In this document: positions 17,363 to 26,738 of the stretch, in pieces
How the letters are laid out: each line of letters starts with the position of its first letter
How positions within the stretch are numbered: position 1 is the first letter of the stretch
DNA from: a virus
Lineage: Duplodnaviria; Caudoviricetes
IMG/VR virus record: IMGVR_UViG_3300025082_000028
Location: 1 to 36,883 of that record
Length of the DNA: 36,883 nt
Strand: one strand, 5' to 3'
The notes under the pieces: model-generated
Database searches by the model: none
What the model was told of the DNA's origin: nothing
The model's input: the letters and a program-made list of their open reading frames with translations, nothing else
Position numbers and translations under genes: made by a program

Positions 17363-20300
17363 ATTTGTTGGACTTCACGCACACAGTGTGGCAGGTTCTA
17401 TTTTCGATGCCGTGGGATATCCCCAAGAACATATGGACTTTGCATATGAAAACGGGAGTGATGCGCTAGCGCTCACTGATCATGGCAACATGAACGGTCT
17501 ATCATGGCAGGTGCTTCATGCTAAAAAGATGCTAGCAGAAGGAAAAGCCTTTAAGCCAATTTATGGAGTTGAAGCATATTTTACCACCTCCATTAAAGAG
17601 TGGCGCTCGGCTTATGAAGCCGAGATGGCTGACAAAAAGAAGGCCCGGTCTGCCAAGAAAGATACTCAATCGGGTGCAACTGTTGAAGATGAGGGTGACA
17701 CCAAAAAGGCACAAACTATTCTAAAAAGACGCCGCCACTTAATTCTACTAGCCCAAAACCAGACAGGGCTGACTAATCTTTTTAAATTGGTTTCGAAAAG
17801 TTACACCGACGAGTATTTTTATCGATACCCGCGCATGGACTACGATCTGCTGAGAGAGCACTCTGAGGGGGTTATAGCTGCGTCCGCATGCTTGGGAGGG
17901 GTATACGCCGGCAACTACTGGGAGAACCGCGAGGAAGGCGCTGACGCCATTTTAGATGCAATGCGCGAAACGACCATGGAAATGCAATCCATCTTTGGAG
18001 ATCGGTGGTATGGCGAATTACAATGGAATAATATCCCCGAACAACACGAACTTAACCAGTATATCATTCAAGTCGCGACCGAATTCGGAGTTAAACTCAT
18101 TTCTACAGCCGACAGTCATTATCCGACGCCCGAATCATGGCGCGACCGCGAGATGTACAAACAACTAGGGTGGCTAGGAAAAGGCAAGCCCAAATGGAAG
18201 ACAGATCCCGAGGAAGAGGGAGAAAACGAAGTCATTCCTTCGTCTGTGGAGAAAATTGGCTATGAACTCTATCCCAAGAATGGTGATCAGATGTGGGAGA
18301 GCTACAAGAGATATGCCGAGGCTCAACAGGTGGAGTATAATGATGACCTGATCCTTCAAAGCATTGAAGAAACTCATAGAATCGCTCATGATCGTATTGA
18401 GACTTTCATGCCGGACGCGACAGTTAGGCTTCCGGATTTTGTCGTTCCCGAAGGGGCAACAGCCACACAGGCTCTGGTTAAATATGCAATTGATGGATTG
18501 CGTACCATGGGACTGCACCATGATGAAGTCTATGTGGAGCGCCTTAAGCATGAACTAAGCGTAATTGATTGCCGCGGCTTTAGTAAATACTTTTTAACCA
18601 TGAAGGCTATCATTGATGAGGCGACGGAGGTTATGTTAGTTGGGCCTGGCAGAGGCAGCGCATGCGGATCATTGGTGGCCTATGTGTTGAAGATTACCCA
18701 AATAGATCCAATCAAGTATAGACTACCGTTTGAGCGCTTCCTGCGATCAGATGCGACCGACTACCCCGATATCGATACGGATGTATCCGACAGCATGATG
18801 CTTAAAGAACTCCTCATTGAAAAATGGGGAGAAGACAGTGTTGCGCCTATTTCCAACTGGAACACTCTGCAGTTGCGCTCCTTAATTAAGGACATTTCCA
18901 AGCTCTACGAGATTCCCTTTACCGAAGTTAATACGGTTACGTCGGTCATGATGCATGAGGCCACAGGCCCAGCTAAGCAGCGACACGGTATTTCGGCTGG
19001 CGTCTATGTTCCCACCTGGGAGGAAGTGCTAGAGTTTTCCCCATCCCTCCAAGTCTACCTAGCCAAGTATCCCGAGGTTCAAGCACGTGTCCAAGGGCTT
19101 GTGGGACAGGTACGCTCTTGTTCGCGGCATGCTGGAGGGCTGCTCGTTTCTGAAAACCTTAATGAAAATATGCCGTTGATTAATAGCGGAGGTGTACGTC
19201 AGTCTCCATGGGCGGAAGGACAAAACGTTCGACACCTTGAGCCCTTGGGTTTCATTAAGTTCGATCTATTGGGCCTATCGACCCTCAAAATGATTGAGGG
19301 GTGCATCGAACATATCTTGCGCCGGCATCACGGAGTAGAGAGTGTCACCTTTGCACAAGTTCGAGAACACTATAATCAAAACATACACCCAGATGTTTTA
19401 GACTTGGAAGATCAAAAAGTTTATAAGTATGTTTTTCACAAAGGCAACTTTGCAGGGACATTTCAGTTTACTAACAGCGGAGCACAAGAGTTTTGCAAGA
19501 ATGTGAAACCCACCAACATCGCTGAGATTTCTGCTGTGACCTCCATCTTTCGCCCTGGCCCTCTTTCCGCCAAGGTCCACGACCAGTATATTGCTGCAAA
19601 GGAAGGGCATACCGATATTGAGTGGTATCATCCCATCTTTAAAGAAATAACGGAAGAGAGCTATGGGCATGTAATTTTTCAAGAGCAAATTAGTGAAATT
19701 ACTCACCGTATCGGAAAGGATATTTCTCGCGATGAAGGAAATACCATTCGCAAACTCCTGACCAAAAAAGGTACAGGAAAGGAGCATCTTCTTGTAGAAT
19801 TTCGCGAACGGTTTATTCATGGAGCGAATGAAAAAGGAATGTCTATTCGCACGGCGGAAGAAATGTGGGAACTGATGGAAGGATTCGCAAAGTACGGGTT
19901 TTCCAAGAATCATTCGACGGCCTATAGTATTATCTCCTATCAGTGCGCATGGTTGTGGACGCATTATCCAGCAGAGTGGGCCGCGGCGTTTCTTGATAAA
20001 GAACCTGAAGCGCGGAAGGAAAAGGCAATTAATATTATTAAAAGTCACGGATTTAAAATTGCGCCCCTCGATGTAAATAAATCAGGCGTTGTTTGGGAGA
20101 TCAGCGAAGACGGCAAGACCCTGATTCAACCGCTCACATCTATTAAGGGATTGGGAGCGGCAGCCATCGAACAAGTGCTTGAAAACAGGCCCTTTATGAA
20201 CGCGGAAGATTTGCTTTTTCGTGAAGGGGTGTCTTATAGTAAGCTTAATAAGAAGGCTTTAGACGCCTTGTGTCGGGGAGGGGCTTTAGACAATATTGTA

Positions 20301-20789
20301 GATGATCGTTTCACCGGGCGTAAACATTTTTGGTCGACCTGCATTGTAGATCGCCCCAAGAACATAAAAAAATTCCAGGAAAATCTTGAGATTTACAAGC
20401 CGGAAGGAGATTTTACCGAAGAAGAGATTATTCAATTCAAAACTGATCTGACGGGTATCTTTCCCATCAACTTGGTGATCACCTCAGAAACTATCCAAAG
20501 ATTAAAAGAAAGATACATTCCTCCTATTTCCGAGTTTGACCCAGAGTTACAGATCTGTTGGTTTATCCCCCGCAAAATTATTCCCAAGAAAACAAAAAAT
20601 GGAAAGTTATATTGGGTTGTGGAGGTGATTGACTCCAACAACGAACTAACTAAGATCAGATGCTGGGGAGTGAAACCCGAAAAGGATCGAATCCGTCTTA
20701 ATCGTCCATATATGGCCGCACTTAAGCATGATCCGCAATGGGGGTTTAGCACCTATGCAGTAGGACGCACATTTAAACAGCTAGGATAA
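17355..20789 (+). CDS. dnaE: DNA polymerase III alpha subunit (family C) with PHP domain
   Basis: PHP LHAHS, TDHGNM, GVEAY, ADSHY; GPGRGSACGSLVAY; catalytic PDIDTD; HAGG; KFDLLGL; YGFSKNH. Confidence 0.96.
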   Translation: MIKFVGLHAHSVAGSIFDAVGYPQEHMDFAYENGSDALALTDHGNMNGLSWQVLHAKKMLAEGKAFKPIYGVEAYFTTSIKEWRSAYEAEMADKKKARSAKKDTQSGATVEDEGDTKKAQTILKRRRHLILLAQNQTGLTNLFKLVSKSYTDEYFYRYPRMDYDLLREHSEGVIAASACLGGVYAGNYWENREEGADAILDAMRETTMEMQSIFGDRWYGELQWNNIPEQHELNQYIIQVATEFGVKLISTADSHYPTPESWRDREMYKQLGWLGKGKPKWKTDPEEEGENEVIPSSVEKIGYELYPKNGDQMWESYKRYAEAQQVEYNDDLILQSIEETHRIAHDRIETFMPDATVRLPDFVVPEGATATQALVKYAIDGLRTMGLHHDEVYVERLKHELSVIDCRGFSKYFLTMKAIIDEATEVMLVGPGRGSACGSLVAYVLKITQIDPIKYRLPFERFLRSDATDYPDIDTDVSDSMMLKELLIEKWGEDSVAPISNWNTLQLRSLIKDISKLYEIPFTEVNTVTSVMMHEATGPAKQRHGISAGVYVPTWEEVLEFSPSLQVYLAKYPEVQARVQGLVGQVRSCSRHAGGLLVSENLNENMPLINSGGVRQSPWAEGQNVRHLEPLGFIKFDLLGLSTLKMIEGCIEHILRRHHGVESVTFAQVREHYNQNIHPDVLDLEDQKVYKYVFHKGNFAGTFQFTNSGAQEFCKNVKPTNIAEISAVTSIFRPGPLSAKVHDQYIAAKEGHTDIEWYHPIFKEITEESYGHVIFQEQISEITHRIGKDISRDEGNTIRKLLTKKGTGKEHLLVEFRERFIHGANEKGMSIRTAEEMWELMEGFAKYGFSKNHSTAYSIISYQCAWLWTHYPAEWAAAFLDKEPEARKEKAINIIKSHGFKIAPLDVNKSGVVWEISEDGKTLIQPLTSIKGLGAAAIEQVLENRPFMNAEDLLFREGVSYSKLNKKALDALCRGGALDNIVDDRFTGRKHFWSTCIVDRPKNIKKFQENLEIYKPEGDFTEEEIIQFKTDLTGIFPINLVITSETIQRLKERYIPPISEFDPELQICWFIPRKIIPKKTKNGKLYWVVEVIDSNNELTKIRCWGVKPEKDRIRLNRPYMAALKHDPQWGFSTYAVGRTFKQLG

Positions 20790-20792
20790 AAC

Positions 20793-21398
20793 ATGAATGT
20801 AATAACTTATTTTAGCCCCCTGCTTAAAGAGCCCAGCCTTGTTGATGACTTGCCGGTTATCATTCGGGTGAGAAGGTTTGACGAAACCGCAGCAAAAGAC
20901 TTTTCCAATCTTATGATGAAGGCGCAAAACACGGGTCAACCGATTGTTCCCGTTGTTATTGATAGCTATGGTGGTCAAGTGTATAGTCTATTGTCCATGA
21001 TATCAGATGTTCGTCACTCTAAAATTCCCGTGGCCACGATTGCCCAAGGGAAGGCCATGTCGTGCGGCGCTCTTCTTTTTAGTTTTGGCGCCGAAGGTCA
21101 TCGCTACATGGACCCTGACGCCACTTTGATGATTCACGACGTTAGTTCAATGAAGTGGGGAAAAGTGGAAGAAGTGAAGGCCGGCGCAGAAGAAACCGAA
21201 AGGCTAAATCAAAAAGTCTATCAAATGATGGCCCATAACTGCGCGCAACATAAGGATTATTTTTTGGACATCATCCACCAAAAAGGACACGCCGACTGGT
21301 TTCTAGAAGCCGACGAAGCTAAAAAGCACAACCTCGCGAATCATCTACATGTTCCAGAAATGAAAATAGAGACTAAAGTTAATTTCAAGTTTAAATGA
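20793..21398 (+). CDS. clpP: ClpP-like protease (copy 1, triad apparently intact)
   Basis: IDSYGG, AMSCG (Ser), MIHD (His), ADWFLEADEA (Asp). Confidence 0.88.
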   Translation: MNVITYFSPLLKEPSLVDDLPVIIRVRRFDETAAKDFSNLMMKAQNTGQPIVPVVIDSYGGQVYSLLSMISDVRHSKIPVATIAQGKAMSCGALLFSFGAEGHRYMDPDATLMIHDVSSMKWGKVEEVKAGAEETERLNQKVYQMMAHNCAQHKDYFLDIIHQKGHADWFLEADEAKKHNLANHLHVPEMKIETKVNFKFK

Positions 21399-21406
21399 TA
21401 AAGTGC

Positions 21407-21435
21407 TTGACTTTGACACACCACGATGTTATATT
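21407..21435 (+). promoter_or_regulatory. sigma70-type promoter
   Basis: TTGACT-17 nt-TATATT with TGn; RBS AGGAGG downstream. Confidence 0.78.
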
Positions 21436-21458
21436 TTATATGTAAATAGGAGGGCTTA

Positions 21459-21716
21459 ATGGCCACAACAAACCAAGAAAAAAGACAATACGTTAAGGAG
21501 TATATTCGCTCCCTCAAGGCAATCGAAGATTGTATTGAGCCTTATCAAGAACAAAAGCGCGAGTTGCGCTCTGAGTTCCGAGAAAACGGATGGCTAAACA
21601 CGGACGAGATCCGAGCAGCAGTAAAGGCATATCGCCTCTACAGGCAGAAGTACAATATTGATGAGGTTGTAGATAACTTCACACTAATTTCCGGCGAGGA
21701 CTCGGATGATAGTTGA
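21459..21716 (+). CDS. Small helical DNA-binding protein, GapR/T4 DsbA-like
   Basis: YVKEYIRSLKAIEDCIEPYQEQKRELRSEFRENG..NTDEIRAAVK parallels the GapR (DUF2312) pattern; recalled resemblance. Confidence 0.5.
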   Translation: MATTNQEKRQYVKEYIRSLKAIEDCIEPYQEQKRELRSEFRENGWLNTDEIRAAVKAYRLYRQKYNIDEVVDNFTLISGEDSDDS

Positions 21717-22167
21717 GTATGCGAAGGTGCGCACCTCCGCGCATCCTCCGGAACGCGCCAACCCATCAGACGCTGGGCTGGACGTGTTCTATTCACCAGA
21801 AAATCCACACAACAAGATGTATATTGCCACCAACACAAGCCGCGTAATCCCAACCGGCTTAAAGTTTGCAATTCCGCACGGATACATGCTGGAGGTAAAG
21901 AACCGTTCCAGCGTGGCTGCGAAGCGCCAATTGCTTGTGGGAGCATGCGTCATCGATTCGGGATATGAAGGAGAGGTGTTTGTTAACTTGCATAACATAG
22001 GTGTTGAGAGTCAAACTCTTAAACCCGGAGATAAGATTGCTCAGTTAGTCATGACCCCCGTAGTACACTTTCGCCCCTCTGAAACGACGCAAGAAACTTT
22101 ATATAACTACCCCATGACCATCAGCAACCGCGGAGACGGCGCGCTGGGGAGTACCGATGGACAATAA
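21706..22167 (+). CDS. dut: Trimeric dUTPase
   Basis: DAGLD, NRSS, VIDSGYEGE, GDKIAQLV, RGDGALGST. Confidence 0.95.
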   Translation: MIVEYAKVRTSAHPPERANPSDAGLDVFYSPENPHNKMYIATNTSRVIPTGLKFAIPHGYMLEVKNRSSVAAKRQLLVGACVIDSGYEGEVFVNLHNIGVESQTLKPGDKIAQLVMTPVVHFRPSETTQETLYNYPMTISNRGDGALGSTDGQ

Positions 22168-22858
22168 AAATCTCCAGCGAACGATTGAATCTCATTTGCC
22201 CCAGGTTCAACAAGAGGTTGAAAGATTTGTTGCCCTTAATAAGTGCGACTACGAAACTTTTGGGAAGCAAGTGGAAGACCCAGCGGCAGACATTTTAGTA
22301 AAACTGTTGCACCAGAAGGGGCTTATCAAATCTTCCAGGCGCGCCACCCATAAAAATGAATTCCCAGACTTGCGTGTTGTGGAGCAGTGGAACGGCACGC
22401 CTATCGCCATTGATGTGAAAGCTTCTAACCACAGCGGCATGAAAGCAGGCCTCTGGGCTAAGAACACTTCTCCCGCCAATGATTTGGGAACATTTAAGAC
22501 GTTACCTGAACACGTGGCCGAATGGGGAGGAGAGAATATCTATTTTCTCTGGGTTCATTATAACTTTACGGATGTTAAACAAGAGATTGTAAAGGTAGAG
22601 TTCGCTCCCTTTTATAGATTTGTTGGGATGAATCCGGAAGGTCTACTTAAATATAGAATTTCTGATGGCAAGATTCGCCCTCGCACTTACCTTCAAGAGC
22701 CTTTTTTTGAAAATTTTAAAGAGTTTAAGAAAGTGTTGGAACGCACAGATTGTCATCGTAGTGAAAAGATCATCCTGCGAGAGTATAGCGCACTTCCTTT
22801 GGCCCACCGCCGGCGTATAATGGAGAGCTTGTCGGAACTCAACCAAGAGGTGGCATAG
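22157..22858 (+). CDS. Putative type II restriction endonuclease (PD-(D/E)xK)
   Basis: GKQVE...FPDL...AIDVK; immediately upstream of a DNA methyltransferase. Confidence 0.65.
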   Translation: MDNKNLQRTIESHLPQVQQEVERFVALNKCDYETFGKQVEDPAADILVKLLHQKGLIKSSRRATHKNEFPDLRVVEQWNGTPIAIDVKASNHSGMKAGLWAKNTSPANDLGTFKTLPEHVAEWGGENIYFLWVHYNFTDVKQEIVKVEFAPFYRFVGMNPEGLLKYRISDGKIRPRTYLQEPFFENFKEFKKVLERTDCHRSEKIILREYSALPLAHRRRIMESLSELNQEVA

Positions 22859-23806
22859 ATGGAAACCTTCGACAGCACACTTAATAAAATCTATCAGGGA
22901 GACTGCATAGATCTGTTGTCTCAAGTTCCCGATGGAGCAGTAGATATGGTATTTGCTGACCCACCCTTTAATCTTAATAAAAAGTATACATCCACCAACG
23001 ATCAGCTTACCGACGCCGCCTATATGGCATGGACCGAAAGATGGGTACGGGAAAGTGTGCGTGTGCTTAAACCGGGCGGCTCGATCTTGGTTCATAATAT
23101 TCCTAAGTGGTTAGTACAGTGTGTAACTGTATTGAATAAGGAAGCAGATTTTAAGCATTGGATTTCGTGGGATGCCCCCACTGCCCCGATGGGCAAATCA
23201 TTCCAGCCGGCTCATTATGGAATCTTGTTTTATACAAAGCCGGGAGATCATAAGTTTTATGAGTTGCGATACCCACACAAGCGATGTCGCAAGAAGAAAG
23301 GGTGCAACCATCTTTTAAAGGACTACGGCGGCAAAAAAGACACCGTTCATCCCTTTGGTCCTCTCGTATCGGATGTGTGGACCGACATTCACCGTATCAA
23401 GCACAAGAAATTTCGTGATGATCACCCATGCCAGTTGCCTGTTCATTTACTGGAACGACTTATTTTAGGCTGCACCGACGAAGGGGATGTGGTATTAGAT
23501 CCATTCATGGGTACAGGAACTACTGCAATTGCAGCAAAGCGTTTAGGTCGCCAATATGTTGGATTCGAAATTGATGATGGATACCAACAAATTGCCACCA
23601 CAAAGCTGGAGGAAGAAACTTTCCGCTCTCTTCTTGGAAACACTTGGGTAAGTTTTTATAGGGGCGCTGTTGCTAGTATGCGCAGCGAAGATTGGACAAA
23701 GGTGGAAGAATATTTTGATGTTCCTACCGCCCGCAAAGAAATCGATTTTAAAACTGCCTCTCTTAAGCGAGAGCTAAAAAAACAACTAATGGCCGCGGCC
23801 AAATAA
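22859..23806 (+). CDS. Beta-class N4-cytosine/N6-adenine DNA methyltransferase
   Basis: GDC, ADPPFN (motif IV) precedes DPFMGTGTT (motif I); RVLKPGG, HPCQLP. Confidence 0.93.
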   Translation: METFDSTLNKIYQGDCIDLLSQVPDGAVDMVFADPPFNLNKKYTSTNDQLTDAAYMAWTERWVRESVRVLKPGGSILVHNIPKWLVQCVTVLNKEADFKHWISWDAPTAPMGKSFQPAHYGILFYTKPGDHKFYELRYPHKRCRKKKGCNHLLKDYGGKKDTVHPFGPLVSDVWTDIHRIKHKKFRDDHPCQLPVHLLERLILGCTDEGDVVLDPFMGTGTTAIAAKRLGRQYVGFEIDDGYQQIATTKLEEETFRSLLGNTWVSFYRGAVASMRSEDWTKVEEYFDVPTARKEIDFKTASLKRELKKQLMAAAK

Positions 23807-23817
23807 TAGGAAACAAT

Positions 23818-24291
23818 ATGGATAAATCAACCCTCAAGGTAATGTTCTCTTCTAACACAGGAGGCTGGGAAACCCCCCAAGAATTTTTTGACAAACTTAA
23901 CTGGCGCTTCGGCCCGTTTAATCTTGACCCATGCGCCACACCAAGTACTAACAAGTGCCTTAAATATTTTACAGAAACTGATGACGGCCTTTCACAAAGC
24001 TGGCAAGGTCACACCTCCTTTGTTAATCCCCCCTACGGGAGAGGAATTGATAAGTGGATTAAAAAGGCGTATGAAGAATCGCGCGATCCAGATACACGCG
24101 TGGTGATGCTTATTCCTGCACGCACCGACACTAGATATTGGCACGATTTTGTAATGAAAGCAGATCAGGTGTATTTCGTTAAAGGCAGATTAAAGTTTGG
24201 AGGCCTGGACACAGGCGCTCCTTTCCCGTCGGCAGTTATTGTTTTTGAAGGGGATAATCTCCGACAAATTTTTGGAGCTATGAATAGATAA
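23818..24291 (+). CDS. Phage DNA N6-adenine methyltransferase (small phage Dam family)
   Basis: WETPQEFF, LDPCA, DGLSQSW, FVNPPYG, LIPARTDT, GRLKF, APFPS. Confidence 0.92.
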   Translation: MDKSTLKVMFSSNTGGWETPQEFFDKLNWRFGPFNLDPCATPSTNKCLKYFTETDDGLSQSWQGHTSFVNPPYGRGIDKWIKKAYEESRDPDTRVVMLIPARTDTRYWHDFVMKADQVYFVKGRLKFGGLDTGAPFPSAVIVFEGDNLRQIFGAMNR

Positions 24292-24300
24292 GGAGAACCA

Positions 24301-24465
24301 ATGGCCACAGAAGAATTATTAAATGCAGCTATACTGCAATTGCGCGCCCACGCATTAGAAACCTATGGGATTATTAAAGATCTGGCTGCAGCACGTGCCG
24401 AAGAGGGTACTGCCAAGGTAGCGGAAGTACACGCGTCCACCAAAGCCGCATTAGAGGAAGAATGA
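24301..24465 (+). CDS. Small hypothetical protein (54 aa, below the ORF-track cutoff)
   Basis: AAGGAG RBS; MATEELLNAAILQLRAHALETYGIIKDLAAARAEEG...LEEE*; stop overlaps the next ATG (ATGA). Confidence 0.7.
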   Translation: MATEELLNAAILQLRAHALETYGIIKDLAAARAEEGTAKVAEVHASTKAALEEE

Positions 24466-24740
24466 ATCGAACCACGCGCCGGCGGCTAGAAAAAACAATG
24501 GGAAAGCAACACGCTGATAATTTAGCCGACAAAATTTTCCAGTTTAACAAGTTGCCGGGCTCATGTAGTGCGTGCGAAAAAGAGTTTGACAAGGCCGACA
24601 AGACCATGGTACAATCATGGAAAGTGGTCGTTAGACAAGAAACAGTCAGAATTTTTTGTCCTGACTGTATTAATAAAACACAGGAGGCCATCGATGAATG
24701 TCCACAGATTATCGAAAGTAGCACTACAGAAAATTCTTAG
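24462..24740 (+). CDS. Small Zn-finger protein
   Basis: CSAC...FCPDC; N-terminal NRxxRR. Confidence 0.7.
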   Translation: MNRTTRRRLEKTMGKQHADNLADKIFQFNKLPGSCSACEKEFDKADKTMVQSWKVVVRQETVRIFCPDCINKTQEAIDECPQIIESSTTENS

Positions 24741-25056
24741 CGGTAAAGTTACTGAGCCAGTAACATGTATTGTTAAGTTTTATTCTAATACGTGTCCATT
24801 GTGTAAAAATCTTAAGTCTGAGTTTGAAGAAATAGCTGAAGACTATGAAGATTTGCACTTTTTTGCTTTTAACATAGATGATTACCCCAAAGTAGAAAAG
24901 GTGTTAAGTTTTAATGGAGTACCTACCATATCTTTAATGAAGGTGGGGCGCCGTAACCCGAAGATTAGAATTTTAGCTGACCCAGACCCACCACATGATG
25001 ATACATGGTATCATCGGGAAGACATAAAACAATTTATCGACAAGGAGAAGGGATAA
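24694..25056 (+). CDS. Thioredoxin-like protein
   Basis: AGGAGG RBS before the in-frame ATG at 24694; VKFYSNTCPLC (CxxC), GVPT cis-Pro loop. Confidence 0.85.
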   Translation: MNVHRLSKVALQKILSGKVTEPVTCIVKFYSNTCPLCKNLKSEFEEIAEDYEDLHFFAFNIDDYPKVEKVLSFNGVPTISLMKVGRRNPKIRILADPDPPHDDTWYHREDIKQFIDKEKG

Positions 25057-26079
25057 ATGACGAAAACCCCAGCACTATCTTATGATGATATATTGTTGCT
25101 TCCACAATATTCAGACATCCGGTCGCGATCAGAAATCGATATTGGTGCTTCTCTTGGAAAAGACGTGAACTTATCACTTCCGATCTTATCCTCTCCGATG
25201 GATACGATATCGGAAGGTGAAATGGCGCACGTTATGCATGCCATGGGAGGCTCGGCGGTTATCCATAGATATAATACAATCGAGCAACAAGCCCATCTTA
25301 TAGCAGGAGCACAAGACTCTATCCCAGGTGCAGCCGTTGGTGTGAAAGGCGATTATTTAGAACGTGCTAGTGCAGCTTTTGAATCCGGTGCATCGTTTAT
25401 ATGTGTTGATGTGGCACATGGTCACCACATCCTAATGAAAGAAGCACTCTGTGAGTTGCGTCAACTTGTGGGAGACAACTATCACATCATGGCCGGCAAT
25501 ATAGCGACGCTAGAGGGGGTAAATGATTTATCCGACTGGGGCGCGGACTCAGTACGATGTAATATAGGTGGGGGATCAATATGTTCCACGCGCATTCAAA
25601 CAGGCCATGGTGTGCCCGGGTTGCAAACCATTGCGGAGTGTGCACAAACAGATCGAGATGTTAAAATTATTGCCGACGGAGGAATCAGAAACTCGGGCGA
25701 TATTGTAAAGGCTTTGGCCCTAGGCGCCGACGCAGTAATGATTGGATCACTCTTGGCCGGCACAGCGGAATCGCCGGGAAAGCTGTTGGAAGATGGCGAC
25801 GGACACAAATGGAAGATCTATCGCGGGATGGCATCCAAGGAGGCACAAATGGACTGGAAGGGAAAGTATTCTTCTTTTGAAGGTGTCTCTTCGCGCGTTC
25901 CGTTTAAGGGTTCGGCTGCCGATATTCTAGAAGATTTAGAAAGAGGAATCCGCTCTGGCCTCTCCTATTCGGGAGCACGCACCGTCCCCGAATTCCAATC
26001 CAAATCACAGTTCATGGTTCAAACCTCGGCAGGTTTAGCTGAAAGTCGCACCCACATTTACAGCAGGAAATGGACCTAA
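25057..26079 (+). CDS. IMP dehydrogenase / GMP reductase family protein without CBS domains
   Basis: [22 protein letters not shown], catalytic [22 protein letters not shown]. Confidence 0.92.
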   Translation: MTKTPALSYDDILLLPQYSDIRSRSEIDIGASLGKDVNLSLPILSSPMDTISEGEMAHVMHAMGGSAVIHRYNTIEQQAHLIAGAQDSIPGAAVGVKGDYLERASAAFESGASFICVDVAHGHHILMKEALCELRQLVGDNYHIMAGNIATLEGVNDLSDWGADSVRCNIGGGSICSTRIQTGHGVPGLQTIAECAQTDRDVKIIADGGIRNSGDIVKALALGADAVMIGSLLAGTAESPGKLLEDGDGHKWKIYRGMASKEAQMDWKGKYSSFEGVSSRVPFKGSAADILEDLERGIRSGLSYSGARTVPEFQSKSQFMVQTSAGLAESRTHIYSRKWT

Positions 26080-26420
26080 TGGGAAAAGATGAGACGGCCG
26101 AGAGCATAGAGTACGGAGCAAATAATAAACGCATTGTCTTTACGGACAATGATCATCGCCACGCTAAATTATTAATTCGATTGCGTCACGACGGACTGCA
26201 ACAAGCACAATTTTTTCGTCACCTCATCACCGGCTACATCGATGGAGACGAGCGAATCCAAGACTTCGTAGACTCCATTAAACCCCAGTCGCAGGTAAAA
26301 AAAGTAAAAAGCAAAAAGGCGCGCCAGCAAGGTTTAACGGCACAGCGAGAGCTAGGCTTAGATGAACAACAAGTAGATAATATTTTTGATTTAATTGCCA
26401 GGGAGCACCCTGAGTTATGA
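26079..26420 (+). CDS. Hypothetical protein, possible ribbon-helix-helix DNA-binding domain
   Basis: KRIVFT (strand), DHRHAKLLIRLRHDG (helix), QAQFFRHLITGYI (helix); TAATG overlap with the upstream stop. Confidence 0.5.
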   Translation: MGKDETAESIEYGANNKRIVFTDNDHRHAKLLIRLRHDGLQQAQFFRHLITGYIDGDERIQDFVDSIKPQSQVKKVKSKKARQQGLTAQRELGLDEQQVDNIFDLIAREHPEL

Positions 26421-26674
26421 AGGATGGTTTGTGGGAGTGTTCGCGTAAATGCATCCGCTCAAAGCGCGGCTGCACTCAAGAGGGGTGTCGTTATTGGATT
26501 AACTATAAGCCAGAATATAATTGCACTTTGGTGGCGATTTATGAGAATGGGAAAATGACTTTGCGGCAAGTGGCAGATAGGATTGGCTTATCATTTGCGA
26601 GAATTAAACAAATAGAAACAGCAGCGCTTAAAAAGCTCAAAAAGAACCCAATTACATCATCTTTGCTTTTTTGA
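26417..26674 (+). CDS. Stand-alone sigma70 region-4-like HTH protein with Cys-rich N-terminus
   Basis: MTLRQVADRIGLSFARIKQIETAALKKL; five Cys upstream of the HTH. Confidence 0.8.
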   Translation: MKDGLWECSRKCIRSKRGCTQEGCRYWINYKPEYNCTLVAIYENGKMTLRQVADRIGLSFARIKQIETAALKKLKKNPITSSLLF

Positions 26675-26738
26675 GGTATTTAACAATAATGCTTACTATT
26701 TACCTGTGAGTTTTTTACACATTTTGAGGAGAACTATA

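Noticed and set aside
19398-20048. 216-aa minus-strand ORF and the other short minus-strand ORFs
   Set aside because: They lie antisense to well-supported genes, have no recognisable motifs, and the window is uniformly plus-strand coded.
9950-20789. Inteins or introns in helicase, RNR or DnaE
   Set aside because: Lengths are ordinary, motifs are contiguous, and no intein termini or homing-endonuclease motifs were seen.
22856-22861. In-frame TAG-ATG junctions (REase/MTase at 22858; groEL/next ORF at 31994) suggesting amber read-through or recoding
   Set aside because: The same abutting arrangement occurs with TAA (25056/25057). Each downstream gene has its own RBS, and TAG ends RNR and GroEL at their expected C-termini. 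Genes are full length in the standard code.
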